A DNA stretch of 64,000 bases from Candidatus Acidiferrales bacterium (lineage in GTDB: Bacteria > Acidobacteriota > Terriglobia > Acidiferrales > UBA7541): NCBI GenBank assembly GCA_050015335.1, contig JBEKBP010000021.1, forward strand, positions 18,319-82,318, given 5' to 3'. Below are positions 17,589 through 27,031 of this stretch, one piece after another. The translations under genes were made by a program, and so were the position numbers. Below the pieces are notes generated by a model that worked only from the letters and a program-made list of their open reading frames with translations, had not been told where the DNA came from and ran no database searches. Numbering within the stretch: the first letter of the stretch is position 1; each line of letters begins with the position of its first letter.

Positions 17589-20375
17589 TCAGTGGTGCTG
17601 CAGCGTGGCGATGCGGTCAGAGACGTCGCGGTAATCGATATTCATCGCATAGACCTGGCGGAAACAATCGAGCGCCTCATCGGAGTCACCCGACGTCTCA
17701 AGAGAAATGCCCAGATCATATCGCAGTGCGAGAATTGTTTCCTGCTCAAGACCCGGTACCTCGAGAGCGCGCTTATACCAGAGCGCCGCGATCTTCGGCT
17801 CGCCCTTATCTGCGAAGGAGAGCGCCAATAGGACCGCGCAATTCATGGCGTAACGGAAGGGCTTTCCCTTCTGCACCGCTTTCGCCACTTTTTGAAATTC
17901 GCCGATGGCCTCATCGAGCAGTCCCATTTCACGATAGGCGATGCCCAGATTGTAATGGGTTTCGAGATCCTCGTCTTCTTCTTCCCCAAGTTCACCCAAT
18001 TCGTCGCGAAACTCTTGGAAGACTTCTGACAGTTCATTCAAGCTTTCGGCTTTCGGCTCGGTGGCCAGCGCGGAACCGGCCGGCTCAGAGGTTTGCGCGG
18101 CGGCCGGTAAGGAAATCTTTCCCCCGATACCGCCCGGAGGGTCGCTGTTGACGGGTGCCGGTAGTTCCAACCCGTCCACTTCTAAAGCGAGCTCGCCGAT
18201 GAAATCTTCTGTCGTAGATGCCCCTTTTTTTTCGCCGGCCTCGGACGGTGCGGGGGTCAGTTCAAGCTCGAATTCAGCACTCTCCGCGGCGGCTTCGTCG
18301 GCCGAGGGCGCTTCGGGCGCGAGCGGATCGGCAAACCCGAAAAGCTCTGCCGCCGCAGGCTGCTCCTCCGCAGCTTCTTCGTGAATCTCGTAAACCTCCG
18401 GTTCCAAGGACAGGGAAGCGGCCGCTTCAGGCTCGAAGGCGCTTTCCAGATCGATTGTTTCCGCCGTTTCAAGGGCGGCAATGAGCGGCTCGGCGGGCGG
18501 AAGAGTGGACGCCTCGACGATCGCCGGAGGCGGGGGCTCAACAACTTCCTGCACCATCGCTTCCCATTCGTCGGAGAGATCTACCTCTTCTGCCAGCCCC
18601 GCTGGTTGAGCGCTCGGCTGAGACTGTTCGGCTGGCGTCTCGGGTGAAATTTCAAATTCCTTTGTTTCCGTTTCCTGCGACTCAGGTTCCATGTCCACAG
18701 GAACCGCCCCTGCGGAGGCCGGCTCGACTGTATGGGTCCCCGGTAGGGCGGGGACCGAAATCGCATCCCCTGGCGTTTGCGGTCGATCGCCCGGCGCGTC
18801 TGCGGCATTCTGAAAACTCTTGCGGAGTTGGGCGAATCGCTCGGCATTGGTTCCATCGTTCCGCTCACGGTAAATCTGCTCGAGCGTGGCGGCTAATTGC
18901 GCCGTTCGTGGATCGTCTCCGGCACCCACCGAGAGATCCAAAAGCCGTTCCAGAGTCGGCGCGTGTCGAGGCGCGCGTTGCAACACAGCCTCGAGCAGGT
19001 TGGCGGCCTTCTGTGCCAGACCATAGCTGGAGAACAAGTCCACGTCGGTGAGCGCCTGCGCAATATAGTGGCGTGTTTCGGGATCGAGGACGTCCTGGTT
19101 GGCCGGCGCATCGGCAGAAGAATCTCTCTGCTGGTGAGTGGGGGCGAGGCAGATCGAATCGGGGTTCGGCGGCGCCGCAGGTTCGCTTTCCGACTTGGGA
19201 AGTTTGCCATTCCGGATACGCACCGATGCAAGGCGCGCCGCGAGACCCTCGTTATCGCGATTCCGGTCGACCAATTCTTCCAGGAGTTGTTCGACGCGCT
19301 CGTTGTTTCCTGCCGCTTCGTAGATATCGGCGAGCTGGGTAAGCGCCACCGTTAGCGGAAAAGGATCGCTGGTGTGGCGGCAGAAATCAGCGAGCAGCTC
19401 GAGAGCCTCGGTATTGCCCGGGAGGCGTTCGGTCGCCCCCGAGAGCGACTTCACAAACTTGTCGTGCTCGCCCACTTCGATCATGGGATCGCGAAGTTCC
19501 CTGAACAGCGGAAGCGCTTCCTCGGCCTGCCCCTTTTCCACAAGCGTCTCGGACACGCGGAAAAGCAGGCCAAAGTGCGAATTGCCGCGCACCAATTGGT
19601 TGCGCGCGCGATCCGACGCAGCTTCAATTTGTCCCGTCTTCAGTTCAAGATCGACAAGGAGGTTTGTAACTTCGGTGCCGGCATCGGCTTCCGGGTGCTT
19701 CTCGAGAATCTTGATGGCCCCCGCGTCCTTCCCGGTGGATGCCAGGATCTTGGCCTTCAGCAGCAGAGCACAGGAATCACCGGGAGCTACTTCCAGGGCG
19801 CGTTCGACCAGCTTTTCAGATTCCGCATGGTCGCCACGATCAAACAGGCGCTGGCCATACCCGAGGTAGGTCTTCGCCGCGTCGACCTTCTGGCCCATGA
19901 CGTTGTAGAGCTCGGCGAGACGCATTTGCACCCGTGGATTTTCAGGCTCCACTTCGAGCAGGCGGTGAAGCACCTCGACGGCCTTGGGAGCGCGATGGGC
20001 CTTCAGGTGCGCTTCTGCAATTTGCAAAAAGAGGGGGCGCGCCTCGCTAAGCACTCCTTGCTGCACGTATAGATCGGCGAGCTTCTCAAGAGGAGAGAGC
20101 TCCAAAGGCGCTAATTTGGCGATTTTCTTGTAGATGGCGATGGCTTTGCTGTTGAAGCCATCGGCGAGATATACCTGCGCCAGGCGCTCGAAGTATTCCA
20201 GCGCATGGGACATGTCACCCTGGCGGGCGAACAGGTCGCCCACCGTCATCAGGGTGGCCTGATCCTTGGGGTCGTTGCGGAGAATCTGTTGGTACTCGGC
20301 GATGGCCTGATTGACCCTGCCTTGGTTCAAATACTTGAGAGCGCTCTCAAGCGCTTTGCTCTTATTGAAGGCCAT
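17589..20375 (-). CDS. Large tetratricopeptide-repeat protein with a central acidic low-complexity spacer
   Basis: TPR units at the N-terminus (about 400 aa) and C-terminus (about 190 aa). The central segment of about 330 aa is E/P/A-rich. Confidence 0.7.
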   Translation of the reverse strand: MAFNKSKALESALKYLNQGRVNQAIAEYQQILRNDPKDQATLMTVGDLFARQGDMSHALEYFERLAQVYLADGFNSKAIAIYKKIAKLAPLELSPLEKLADLYVQQGVLSEARPLFLQIAEAHLKAHRAPKAVEVLHRLLEVEPENPRVQMRLAELYNVMGQKVDAAKTYLGYGQRLFDRGDHAESEKLVERALEVAPGDSCALLLKAKILASTGKDAGAIKILEKHPEADAGTEVTNLLVDLELKTGQIEAASDRARNQLVRGNSHFGLLFRVSETLVEKGQAEEALPLFRELRDPMIEVGEHDKFVKSLSGATERLPGNTEALELLADFCRHTSDPFPLTVALTQLADIYEAAGNNERVEQLLEELVDRNRDNEGLAARLASVRIRNGKLPKSESEPAAPPNPDSICLAPTHQQRDSSADAPANQDVLDPETRHYIAQALTDVDLFSSYGLAQKAANLLEAVLQRAPRHAPTLERLLDLSVGAGDDPRTAQLAATLEQIYRERNDGTNAERFAQLRKSFQNAADAPGDRPQTPGDAISVPALPGTHTVEPASAGAVPVDMEPESQETETKEFEISPETPAEQSQPSAQPAGLAEEVDLSDEWEAMVQEVVEPPPPAIVEASTLPPAEPLIAALETAETIDLESAFEPEAAASLSLEPEVYEIHEEAAEEQPAAAELFGFADPLAPEAPSADEAAAESAEFELELTPAPSEAGEKKGASTTEDFIGELALEVDGLELPAPVNSDPPGGIGGKISLPAAAQTSEPAGSALATEPKAESLNELSEVFQEFRDELGELGEEEDEDLETHYNLGIAYREMGLLDEAIGEFQKVAKAVQKGKPFRYAMNCAVLLALSFADKGEPKIAALWYKRALEVPGLEQETILALRYDLGISLETSGDSDEALDCFRQVYAMNIDYRDVSDRIATLQHH

Positions 20376-20522
20376 GTGTGAGTTCGTTTGTTCCGAGCTC
20401 GGTGTCGCTGAGGTGGTGAAGGGAGCTCAAATGAAAGGTTAGCATGCGAGAAACCCAAGTCAACGAAGCGCAAGGGGAGAGGTGAGGAAGGGGATAACAG
20501 GTCGGAAGCCCGTCTTGAGGCT

Positions 20523-21203
20523 CTAGGAACCTTCCGCCGAGGCAAGCCCCGAGAGATCAAGGGGTAGCCGATTCTGGACCGCCCCCGCGCCCCAGCAGCG
20601 CGACTCCCTCACCGGGGCGTAGGAGAACCGGTGCAGCGAGGTGGGGCCATACAACCGCAGCGCTGCAAGATGTTCCGGGGTACCGTAGCCCTTATGCTGC
20701 GCAAGTCCATAGTGGGGATAGAGCTGGTCGAACTCTTCCATGCGCCGGTCGCGCTCCACCTTGGCCAGGATCGAGGCAGCGGCAATCGAAACCGATCGTG
20801 CGTCGCCGTGGATCAGGGCCTTCTGCTCGATAGGAAGATCGAGTTCGATGGCATCGAGCAGCAGGTAATCGGGAAGCGGGCTCAGCTGGGAGACCGCGGC
20901 GACCATCGCCTGGCGGCTTGCCTGGTAGATATTCCACGCGTCGATGCGGCTGGCATCGACTTCCGCAGTGGCCCACGCCAGGGCGTGTTCGCGAATGCGC
21001 TGAGCGAGCTCGCGGCGGCGCTCAGCAGGCAGCTTCTTCGAGTCATCGAGCCCGACGATACGGCGCTTGGAGTTGAGAATTACCGCGCCCGCTACGACAG
21101 GGCCGAACAGGGAACCCCTCCCTGCTTCGTCCAGTCCGGCGATTCGCAGCCAACCCCGCTGGCGCGCCTCGCGCTCGAATCGAGTACAGCAGAGCCGTCC
21201 CAT
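20523..21203 (-). CDS. rnhB: Ribonuclease HII
   Basis: IAGLDEAGRGSLFGPVVAGAV and DSKKL motifs. The extended -10 TGCTAGAAT (21212-21220) ends 8 nt before ATG 21203. Confidence 0.9.
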   Translation of the reverse strand: MGRLCCTRFEREARQRGWLRIAGLDEAGRGSLFGPVVAGAVILNSKRRIVGLDDSKKLPAERRRELAQRIREHALAWATAEVDASRIDAWNIYQASRQAMVAAVSQLSPLPDYLLLDAIELDLPIEQKALIHGDARSVSIAAASILAKVERDRRMEEFDQLYPHYGLAQHKGYGTPEHLAALRLYGPTSLHRFSYAPVRESRCWGAGAVQNRLPLDLSGLASAEGS

Positions 21204-21326
21204 CGGCGGGAATTCTAGCACATTGCGCGAACCGCCGATGGAGGGATGACTGCAAAAAGCCTTTGACACAAGTGAAGAAAATGCTTCCGAGGTTCGAAGC
21301 GGGCAGGATCGGGGAAAATGACGGCC

Positions 21327-21713
21327 TTATTCCGCCACCGTAGTAGCGGGAACCGCCTCGAACTTCTCGACGCGCTTGATGCGGGCCGCCTTGCCCTTGC
21401 GTCCGCGAAGATAACCCAGCTTGGCGCGGCGCACGCTGCCCTGGCGAACCAGCTCAATCGAGCTGATCATCGGCGAATGGGTCGGGAAAATGCGCTCAAC
21501 CCCGATGCCGAAGCTCACGCGGCGCACCGTAAAGCTCTGCCCCAAAAGCTCGCCGCGGCGGCTCATGACCACACCCTCAAACGCCTGAATGCGTTCCTTG
21601 TCGCTCTCGCCTTCCTTTAACCGGACATTCACGCGAATCGTGTCGCCGGGACGGAAGGCGGGATGGTCTTTGCGGAGTTGTGACTCCTGCACTTTTGCAA
21701 TAATCGGCTTCAT
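21327..21713 (-). CDS. rplS: 50S ribosomal protein L19
   Basis: [11 protein letters not shown]...[10 protein letters not shown]...[15 protein letters not shown]. Confidence 0.95.
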   Translation of the reverse strand: MKPIIAKVQESQLRKDHPAFRPGDTIRVNVRLKEGESDKERIQAFEGVVMSRRGELLGQSFTVRRVSFGIGVERIFPTHSPMISSIELVRQGSVRRAKLGYLRGRKGKAARIKRVEKFEAVPATTVAE

Positions 21714-21845
21714 TATCCTTATTCCAGGCAGACCCGCTCAGGTGGGGCCAGCACAACGCACGAAAAGTGAGTATAGCGAAATTGCCAGAGTATGACTAGG
21801 CGAAACTGCCCGGGTGGGTGCCGCGTGGCGTGCTCTTCGCGGAGG

Positions 21846-22709
21846 CTATTCGGCTTGGGGGGCCGCGCCATGGATTAAATCCGGGCGATTGCGCAATGTC
21901 TTTTCCAGGGCCTTCTGGCGGCGCCAACGGCGGATTTCCTCATGGTTTCCGCCCAGCAGTACCTCCGGCACGTCCCAGTTGCGAAATGACGGCGGCCGTG
22001 TGTAGTGGGGGCAGTCCAGAAGCGTCGGGCTCATGGCACCTGATACGTGATGGGTCTTGGCGTAGGCATTGTCTGGAGCTGCCTGGTCGCCTGGAAAGGC
22101 CTGATTTGTGGGTCGCGGCTTTGGTCGCGACCCGGCAGCTTCCCCATCCGGCGCTTTAGCCCCGGAGGCAAACCTTGCTTCGCTGAAGGATTCGTTGACG
22201 GTGGAGTCCTGGTTGCCGAGCGCGCCGGGAGTGAGCCGCGTAACGGCGTCGACAATCATCGCCGCAGGCATTTCTCCCCCGGAGAGAACAAAATCGCCTA
22301 CACACAATTCGTCCGTGGCGAGATGTTCGGCGACGCGCTCGTCGACGCCTTCATAGCGGCCACAGAGCAGAATGATTCGTTCAAGCGCCGCAAATCGCCG
22401 TGCCGTCTGCTGCCGGAACAGCTTCCCGGAGGCCGACAGCAGGACGATTGCGGTTCGGTGAGGAACAGCCGCGCCTTGGCCCCCCGTCAGCGATTCGACA
22501 GCTGCAAAGAGCGGCTCGGGCTTCATCACCATGCCTTCGCCGCCGCCAAACGGGCGGTCGTCCACGGTGCGGTGGCGGTCGGGCGTAAAGCTGCGCAGAT
22601 CGTGGATGTGCGTTTCGATCAGGCGGGATTGGCGCGCGCGGCGCACGATGCCGTAATCGAGCGGCCCGTTAAAAAACTCCGGAAAGATGGATATGAGATC
22701 GAAACGCAT
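21846..22709 (-). CDS. trmD: tRNA (guanine37-N1)-methyltransferase with an expanded interdomain linker
   Basis: MRFDLISIFPEFF, DDRPFGGGEGMVM, CGRYEGVDERV, SGGE.PA and LLDCPHYTRP motifs. There is an insertion of about 50 aa between ESF and LLDCPHY. Confidence 0.9.
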   Translation of the reverse strand: MRFDLISIFPEFFNGPLDYGIVRRARQSRLIETHIHDLRSFTPDRHRTVDDRPFGGGEGMVMKPEPLFAAVESLTGGQGAAVPHRTAIVLLSASGKLFRQQTARRFAALERIILLCGRYEGVDERVAEHLATDELCVGDFVLSGGEMPAAMIVDAVTRLTPGALGNQDSTVNESFSEARFASGAKAPDGEAAGSRPKPRPTNQAFPGDQAAPDNAYAKTHHVSGAMSPTLLDCPHYTRPPSFRNWDVPEVLLGGNHEEIRRWRRQKALEKTLRNRPDLIHGAAPQAE

Positions 22710-22715
22710 CGCTTG

Positions 22716-22743
22716 ATAGTAGCGCAAAGCTGCCGCTGCTCAA
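22716..22743 (-). promoter_or_regulatory. Internal promoter TTGAGC-16-TACTAT directly abutting the trmD ATG
   Basis: On the minus strand, -10 TACTAT (22716-22721) ends 6 nt before ATG 22709. -35 TTGAGC is at 22738-22743. Confidence 0.4.
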
Positions 22744-22783
22744 TAAAAGAGCCGACCAGACACCGGCGCCGCACAAACCGCCG

Positions 22784-23335
22784 CTATGGGCGATTGAGTT
22801 CGCGCAGGCCTTCGGGAAAGACCACCTCGATGAGCCGGGCACCGGTATCAATATGAACGCAAATATCCTGGGCCAGCGGCACGAGCAATTCGCCTTGCGG
22901 AGAATCCACCACGAGTATGGGCGTCCCGGCGACGCCTTCGCCGGGAAATTGCACGTCCGCCACAGTTCCCACCGGGGCGCCGTCTTTCTCGCGGACTTCA
23001 CACTCGATCAGATCGGTCACGTAGTAGCTGCCGGAGGAAAGCTGCATGCGGTCGGCGAACGGAATCTGCACTTCGAGTCCGACAAGCTTTGCCGCATCGG
23101 AGATGGAATCGGAGCCTTCGAAATGAAAAATCGCTTGGCCCCCGCGGCTCTGGCTAAGCCAACAGCTGCGCACCTTTGTCTGCCGGGGTTCTGAGCGGCC
23201 ATCCCAAAGTGCCGCTCGAGAGAGAGTTTTGAGACGTTCGGGAAAATCGGTGAGGATCTCGGCGGCTACTTCTCCCCGCCTTCCGTGCGGACGCAGGATG
23301 CGCGCCACAGTTAGGGGGAGGGCTTGCGCAGCCAC
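22784..23335 (-). CDS. rimM: 16S rRNA processing protein RimM
   Basis: VARILRPHGRRGEV motif and a PRC-barrel C-terminus. The GTG start is adjacent to the stop of the KH-protein gene. Confidence 0.85.
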   Translation of the reverse strand: MAAQALPLTVARILRPHGRRGEVAAEILTDFPERLKTLSRAALWDGRSEPRQTKVRSCWLSQSRGGQAIFHFEGSDSISDAAKLVGLEVQIPFADRMQLSSGSYYVTDLIECEVREKDGAPVGTVADVQFPGEGVAGTPILVVDSPQGELLVPLAQDICVHIDTGARLIEVVFPEGLRELNRP

Positions 23336-23336
23336 G

Positions 23337-23567
23337 CTATTCGAGGATTTCCAACGTAAAGCGCTTTCTCAACTTCATTCCAGCGGCCCCCAGCAGTGTA
23401 CGAATTGATTTCGCGGTGCGTCCCTGGCGTCCAATCACTTTTCCCAGATCGTCTGGAGCAACCTTCAACTCCAGTACGGTTACCTGCTCACCATCGACTG
23501 CATGGACCTGCACCTGTTCAGGATGATCGACGAGCGCCCTGGCAATCGCCTCTACGAGTTCCTTCAT
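23337..23567 (-). CDS. KH domain RNA-binding protein (UPF0109/YlqC family)
   Basis: The product is MKELVE...[20 protein letters not shown]. The gene sits in the conserved position between rpsP and rimM. Confidence 0.85.
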   Translation of the reverse strand: MKELVEAIARALVDHPEQVQVHAVDGEQVTVLELKVAPDDLGKVIGRQGRTAKSIRTLLGAAGMKLRKRFTLEILE

Positions 23568-23672
23568 GGCCCTTTCCCCCACGGCTTGACGCGCCCAGCG
23601 CGGAAATTCGCTCGAGCGTGTATACGGATATGAGCTATAGATGCCTACTACAGTAGGACGCCGGGGGGAGGG

Positions 23673-23924
23673 TTAGGGTTGCGCTGGAGCGGCCTTGGGT
23701 TTGCGAAGCAGGGTGCGAACCGTGTCGCTTGGCTGGGCGCCCTTGCTCAGCCAGTACTGCACTCGCTCGTTATCGACTTCCACAAGCGCGGGTTTCTTCT
23801 GAGGGTCGTAGGTGCCGACGATCTCGACAAAGCGGCCGTTGCGCGGACGCGTCTTCTCGGTCACCACCACGCGATAAAATGGGTGCTTCTTCTTGCCAAA
23901 CCGCGACAGCCGAATCATTAACAC
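23673..23924 (-). CDS. rpsP: 30S ribosomal protein S16
   Basis: AGGAGG is 8 nt before the GTG start. The product is MLMIRLSRFGKKKHPFYRVVV... Confidence 0.92.
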   Translation of the reverse strand: MLMIRLSRFGKKKHPFYRVVVTEKTRPRNGRFVEIVGTYDPQKKPALVEVDNERVQYWLSKGAQPSDTVRTLLRKPKAAPAQP

Positions 23925-24002
23925 TCGAAATTCCTCCTAAGTCGAATCCTGGCATTATAGCCAAGCCCGCGCGATTCACCAATCGCTATCTTGGGGCTAG
24001 AG

Positions 24003-24420
24003 TTACCGCAGCAGCCACAGCGGGAGGGCGGCCTCGGCGCAGTGCTCGATCACTTGCTGGTCGCGGACCGAAGAGGCGTTTCGCTGATCGCTTTCGACAT
24101 CAACGGTGCCGATCACATAGCCACCTGCAGGAGATAGAACCAGGACGGATTTCCGAAACAGTGCTGCCAAAGGCGGTCTGGCACCGGAAGGCGGTCCGCA
24201 CGTCACCCTCGATGACCGCCCGTTTCTGTCAAATCGCCGCACCTGTCAATCCCTGACCGACCGGGAACGATGGATGCTCGGGAGCGCCTGCGCCGCTCCA
24301 GGCGATGACCGACACCGTCTCGGCGCCTACGTCGTATACGCCCACCGAGCGATACTGGCCCAGCTTGCCGATCAACTCGGCCAGGCGCTTGGCCTTCTCG
24401 AGGCGGCCATCGCCACCCAT
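24003..24420 (-). pseudogene. GAF-domain protein (free Met-R-sulfoxide reductase-like family), disrupted
   Basis: Two ORF fragments in different frames together rebuild one GAF domain. There is an in-frame TGA at 24229-24231 after GLTGAAI, and a 1-nt frameshift near 24147 between ...FGSTVSEI and VLVLSPAGGYVIGTVDVES. Confidence 0.6.
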
Positions 24421-24478
24421 GGCCAGCCGAGCGAATCTGATGCAAGCGTGTTATCGACGATAATCGGCACGAGGCAAC

Positions 24479-25819
24479 CTACTTCAAGCCAGCAAACTTG
24501 CCCCAGCCGCGCATCTTCATCTTCGCCATGCTGCCATACTGCTTCATCATGCGGCGCATGTCGGCGTACTGCTTGAGCACCTGATTGACCTCCTGCACGG
24601 AGGTGCCGCTTCCGCGCGCGATGCGCTTGCGCCGCTTGCCGTCGATCAGGTTGGCGTCGGAGCGCTCCGAAGCGGTCATGGAATCGATGATGGCCTCGAT
24701 GGATTTCAGTTGCTTCTCGTCTACGTGTGCGTCCTTGGGAATCTTCGCGAACGGTCCGACCTTCGGCAGCATTCCCATCAGCTGCTCGATCGAGCCCATT
24801 TTGCGGATCTGCTGCAACTGATCGCGGAAATCGTGCAGCGTGAAGTCGTCTTCCCAGAGCTTGCGCTCGAGGTCACGCGCCTTGTTAAGGTCAATGGTTT
24901 TCTCGGCCTTTTCAATCAGGCCGAGAACGTCGCCCATGCCGAGAATGCGCGATACGATCCGGTCGGGCAGGAAGGGCTCAAGCGCGTCGTATTTTTCACC
25001 CACGCCCACGAATTTCACCGGGGCGCCTGTCACTTTGCGGATCGAGAGTGCCGCGCCGCCGCGCGCATCGCCATCGAGTTTCGTGAGGATCACGCCCGTA
25101 ATTCCCAGGCGCTTATGGAATTCACTCGCCGAGCGCACGGCATCCTGCCCAATCATGGCGTCGGCGACAAACAGGATCTCCGAGGGATTTAATTCGTGCT
25201 TGAGCTGCGAAAGTTCGTTCATGAGCTCATCATCGATGTGCAGGCGGCCGGCCGTGTCAACCAGGATCACGTCGCACGCGGAGAGCTTGGCCTCGCGCGT
25301 CGCGCCGCGAACGATTTCCAGCGGCTTGTCTGTGCCTGTGCCAGGCCACAGGGAGGTGCCCGTGGACCTGGCTACCTGCGCCAGCTGTTGGCGGGCGGCA
25401 GGGCGGTAGACGTCGGTGGAAACTACAATCGGACGGTGGCCGTGCTCACTCAACCATTTGCCGAGCTTGCCGGTCGAGGTCGTCTTGCCCGAGCCTTGCA
25501 GTCCGCAAAGCAGCCATACCGACGGGGGTCGGGAAGCAAACTGGGGCCGGGCCTCGCGTCCCAGCAGGTCGCCCAGCTCGTCGCGCACAATTTTCACGAC
25601 TTGCTGATCCGGCGAAAGTTGCAGCAGGACTTCTGAGCCGAGTGCTTTCTCGCGGACGTGGGAGATGAACTCGTCCGCCACGCCGAGGTTGACGTCGGCA
25701 TCGAGCAGCGAATCGCGGATCTCGCCGAGCGCCGCGTCCAGATGTTCCTCGGTCAGCTTTCCCTGACCGCGGAGGTTCTTGAAGGCGCGCTGCAGCTTGT
25801 CGGTCAGTGTTTCAAACAT
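24479..25819 (-). CDS. ffh: Signal recognition particle protein Ffh
   Basis: GLQGSGKTT, DTAGR and TKLDGDARGG motifs, with a Met-rich M domain. Confidence 0.95.
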   Translation of the reverse strand: MFETLTDKLQRAFKNLRGQGKLTEEHLDAALGEIRDSLLDADVNLGVADEFISHVREKALGSEVLLQLSPDQQVVKIVRDELGDLLGREARPQFASRPPSVWLLCGLQGSGKTTSTGKLGKWLSEHGHRPIVVSTDVYRPAARQQLAQVARSTGTSLWPGTGTDKPLEIVRGATREAKLSACDVILVDTAGRLHIDDELMNELSQLKHELNPSEILFVADAMIGQDAVRSASEFHKRLGITGVILTKLDGDARGGAALSIRKVTGAPVKFVGVGEKYDALEPFLPDRIVSRILGMGDVLGLIEKAEKTIDLNKARDLERKLWEDDFTLHDFRDQLQQIRKMGSIEQLMGMLPKVGPFAKIPKDAHVDEKQLKSIEAIIDSMTASERSDANLIDGKRRKRIARGSGTSVQEVNQVLKQYADMRRMMKQYGSMAKMKMRGWGKFAGLK

Positions 25820-25863
25820 GAATGTCCCGCGGGTTCGAGAATTCCCCGTCCGCGCAATGGTTG

Positions 25864-25892
25864 ATTCTAGGCAACGCCGCTCAGCCGGTCAA
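25864..25892 (-). promoter_or_regulatory. Sigma70-like promoter TTGACC-17-TAGAAT for ffh
   Basis: On the minus strand, -35 is at 25887-25892 and -10 at 25864-25869. This gives a leader of about 44 nt to ATG 25819. Confidence 0.55.
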
Positions 25893-27031
25893 ACAGACTT
25901 TGGTCCATTCGCAATCGGTGAGGCCTTTCTCTTCAATGAGTAAAAGCTTTCCCGCAGCAGATCGACTGCCAGATGGTGGAGCAAGGCAGTGAACTTGCCC
26001 TCTTGCTTCCTGCTTTCCGCACGCCCGCGAGCCCCTGGGACACGCGTTTCTCGCTGTGTGTCGGGTATCTGTGGGGTTGACACGCGTTCGGCCTGAGCAG
26101 CGGCCTTCCCTCCTCATTTTTCGGTCAACGGCTTGCCGTCTTCCTCCAGCACCCCTTTTTCTTCGGTGAGCCGGAAGTAGGCAACCCAACCGCGCAATAT
26201 GGGGTTGAGTTCGGCGATGACTTGTCTCACACTTTGGCCCTGAGCGCCACGCAACGTCTGGCGGATTTTCTCTGCCAAGCGTTGGCGGCTGGCTGGTGCG
26301 ATTTTCAGCTTCGGATTCCGGTGCCACGTGACACTGTAGCCCAGAAACTTCCGCTGCCACGGTCGGGCCACTGCGCTTTTGTCGGCATTCACTTTGAGTT
26401 TCAGCCTTTGCTCCAGAAACGCAGTGATTCTTCACCACGCGCTCGTAGGCTCCCAGCATGTTGCTGCGTTCCACTGCGGCTTCCATTAGCCGCAGCCCTT
26501 CCGGTTTCGTTCGCCCACCAGCCGCCGTACGTGCCTCCGCACCCGCAGCAGTTCCCGGCAGATTCCGTCCGCCTTTGCCTGTGCTGGCCGCACTTGCGTG
26601 CGCTTCTGCTTCATCGGCTCGCATCGAGGTCTGTTGTCCTACTCCCGTGTTTCATGTTCGGGCCTTCGTCCGATTTCCCGGACTACTATGCCCTCAGCTG
26701 ACTTCTGGCGATTCGTCCCCACGTCTCTCAACGCAGGTAGCACTGAGGCAAACCGCCAGATCTCCCCGGGTATTGCGCACTCACCTTCTCGCTTATGCCT
26801 GTCGGATCTACGTCGCAGCGTTCCGTGCAAGGATGGGGCTTTGCATCTATTGGCCTGCTTACCCCGCTGCTCCGCCTCTATCCGCTTCCTGTGCGTCAGA
26901 CCAGCGTTTTGCCTTCAGCTTCCTTCGGATTCCGCCTCGCGGCGGACACCCTTGCTGTTCGGCTAACACTTCCCCTTGCCGGGTGTGTAGAGGACTTTCA
27001 CCTCCAAGTGAGTGCGCCCTGCCGGGCGCAC
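25889..27031 (-). mobile_element. Degenerate composite group II intron remnant (5' ribozyme part, RT-deleted IEP, and a second RT N-terminal fragment)
   Basis: The minus strand starts GTGCGCCC at 27031, followed by GGAGGTGAAAGTCCTC. The IEP ATG at 26486 gives [20 protein letters not shown], fused out of frame to FLEQRLKLKVNADKSAVARPWQRKFLGYS...LNPILRGWVAYFRL (to 26114). A separate fragment, KFTALLHHLAVDLLRESFYSLKRKA, lies at about 25900-26010. I could not recognise a domain V. Confidence 0.7.

Noticed and set aside
24229-24231. The in-frame TGA in the GAF gene as a selenocysteine or programmed read-through codon.
   Set aside because: The codon aligns with a non-catalytic, variable position of the family. 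I see no obvious SECIS-like hairpin immediately downstream, and a second lesion (a frameshift near 24147) is present. Pseudogenisation or sequencing error is more parsimonious.
25990-26113. Group II intron domain V/VI candidates: the GGAAGCAAGAGGGCA...TGCCTTGCTCC hairpin and the GACAC...GTGTC hairpins.
   Set aside because: The bulge is on the wrong strand, there is no GNRA tetraloop in a 34-nt DV geometry, and no AY 3' end is present. I therefore treat the element as 3'-truncated rather than intact.
25881-26624. A 247-aa ORF spanning the group II intron relic.
   Set aside because: Only about 20 residues ([20 protein letters not shown]) are in the genuine IEP frame. The rest is out-of-frame read-through of the deleted intron and lacks protein-like composition.
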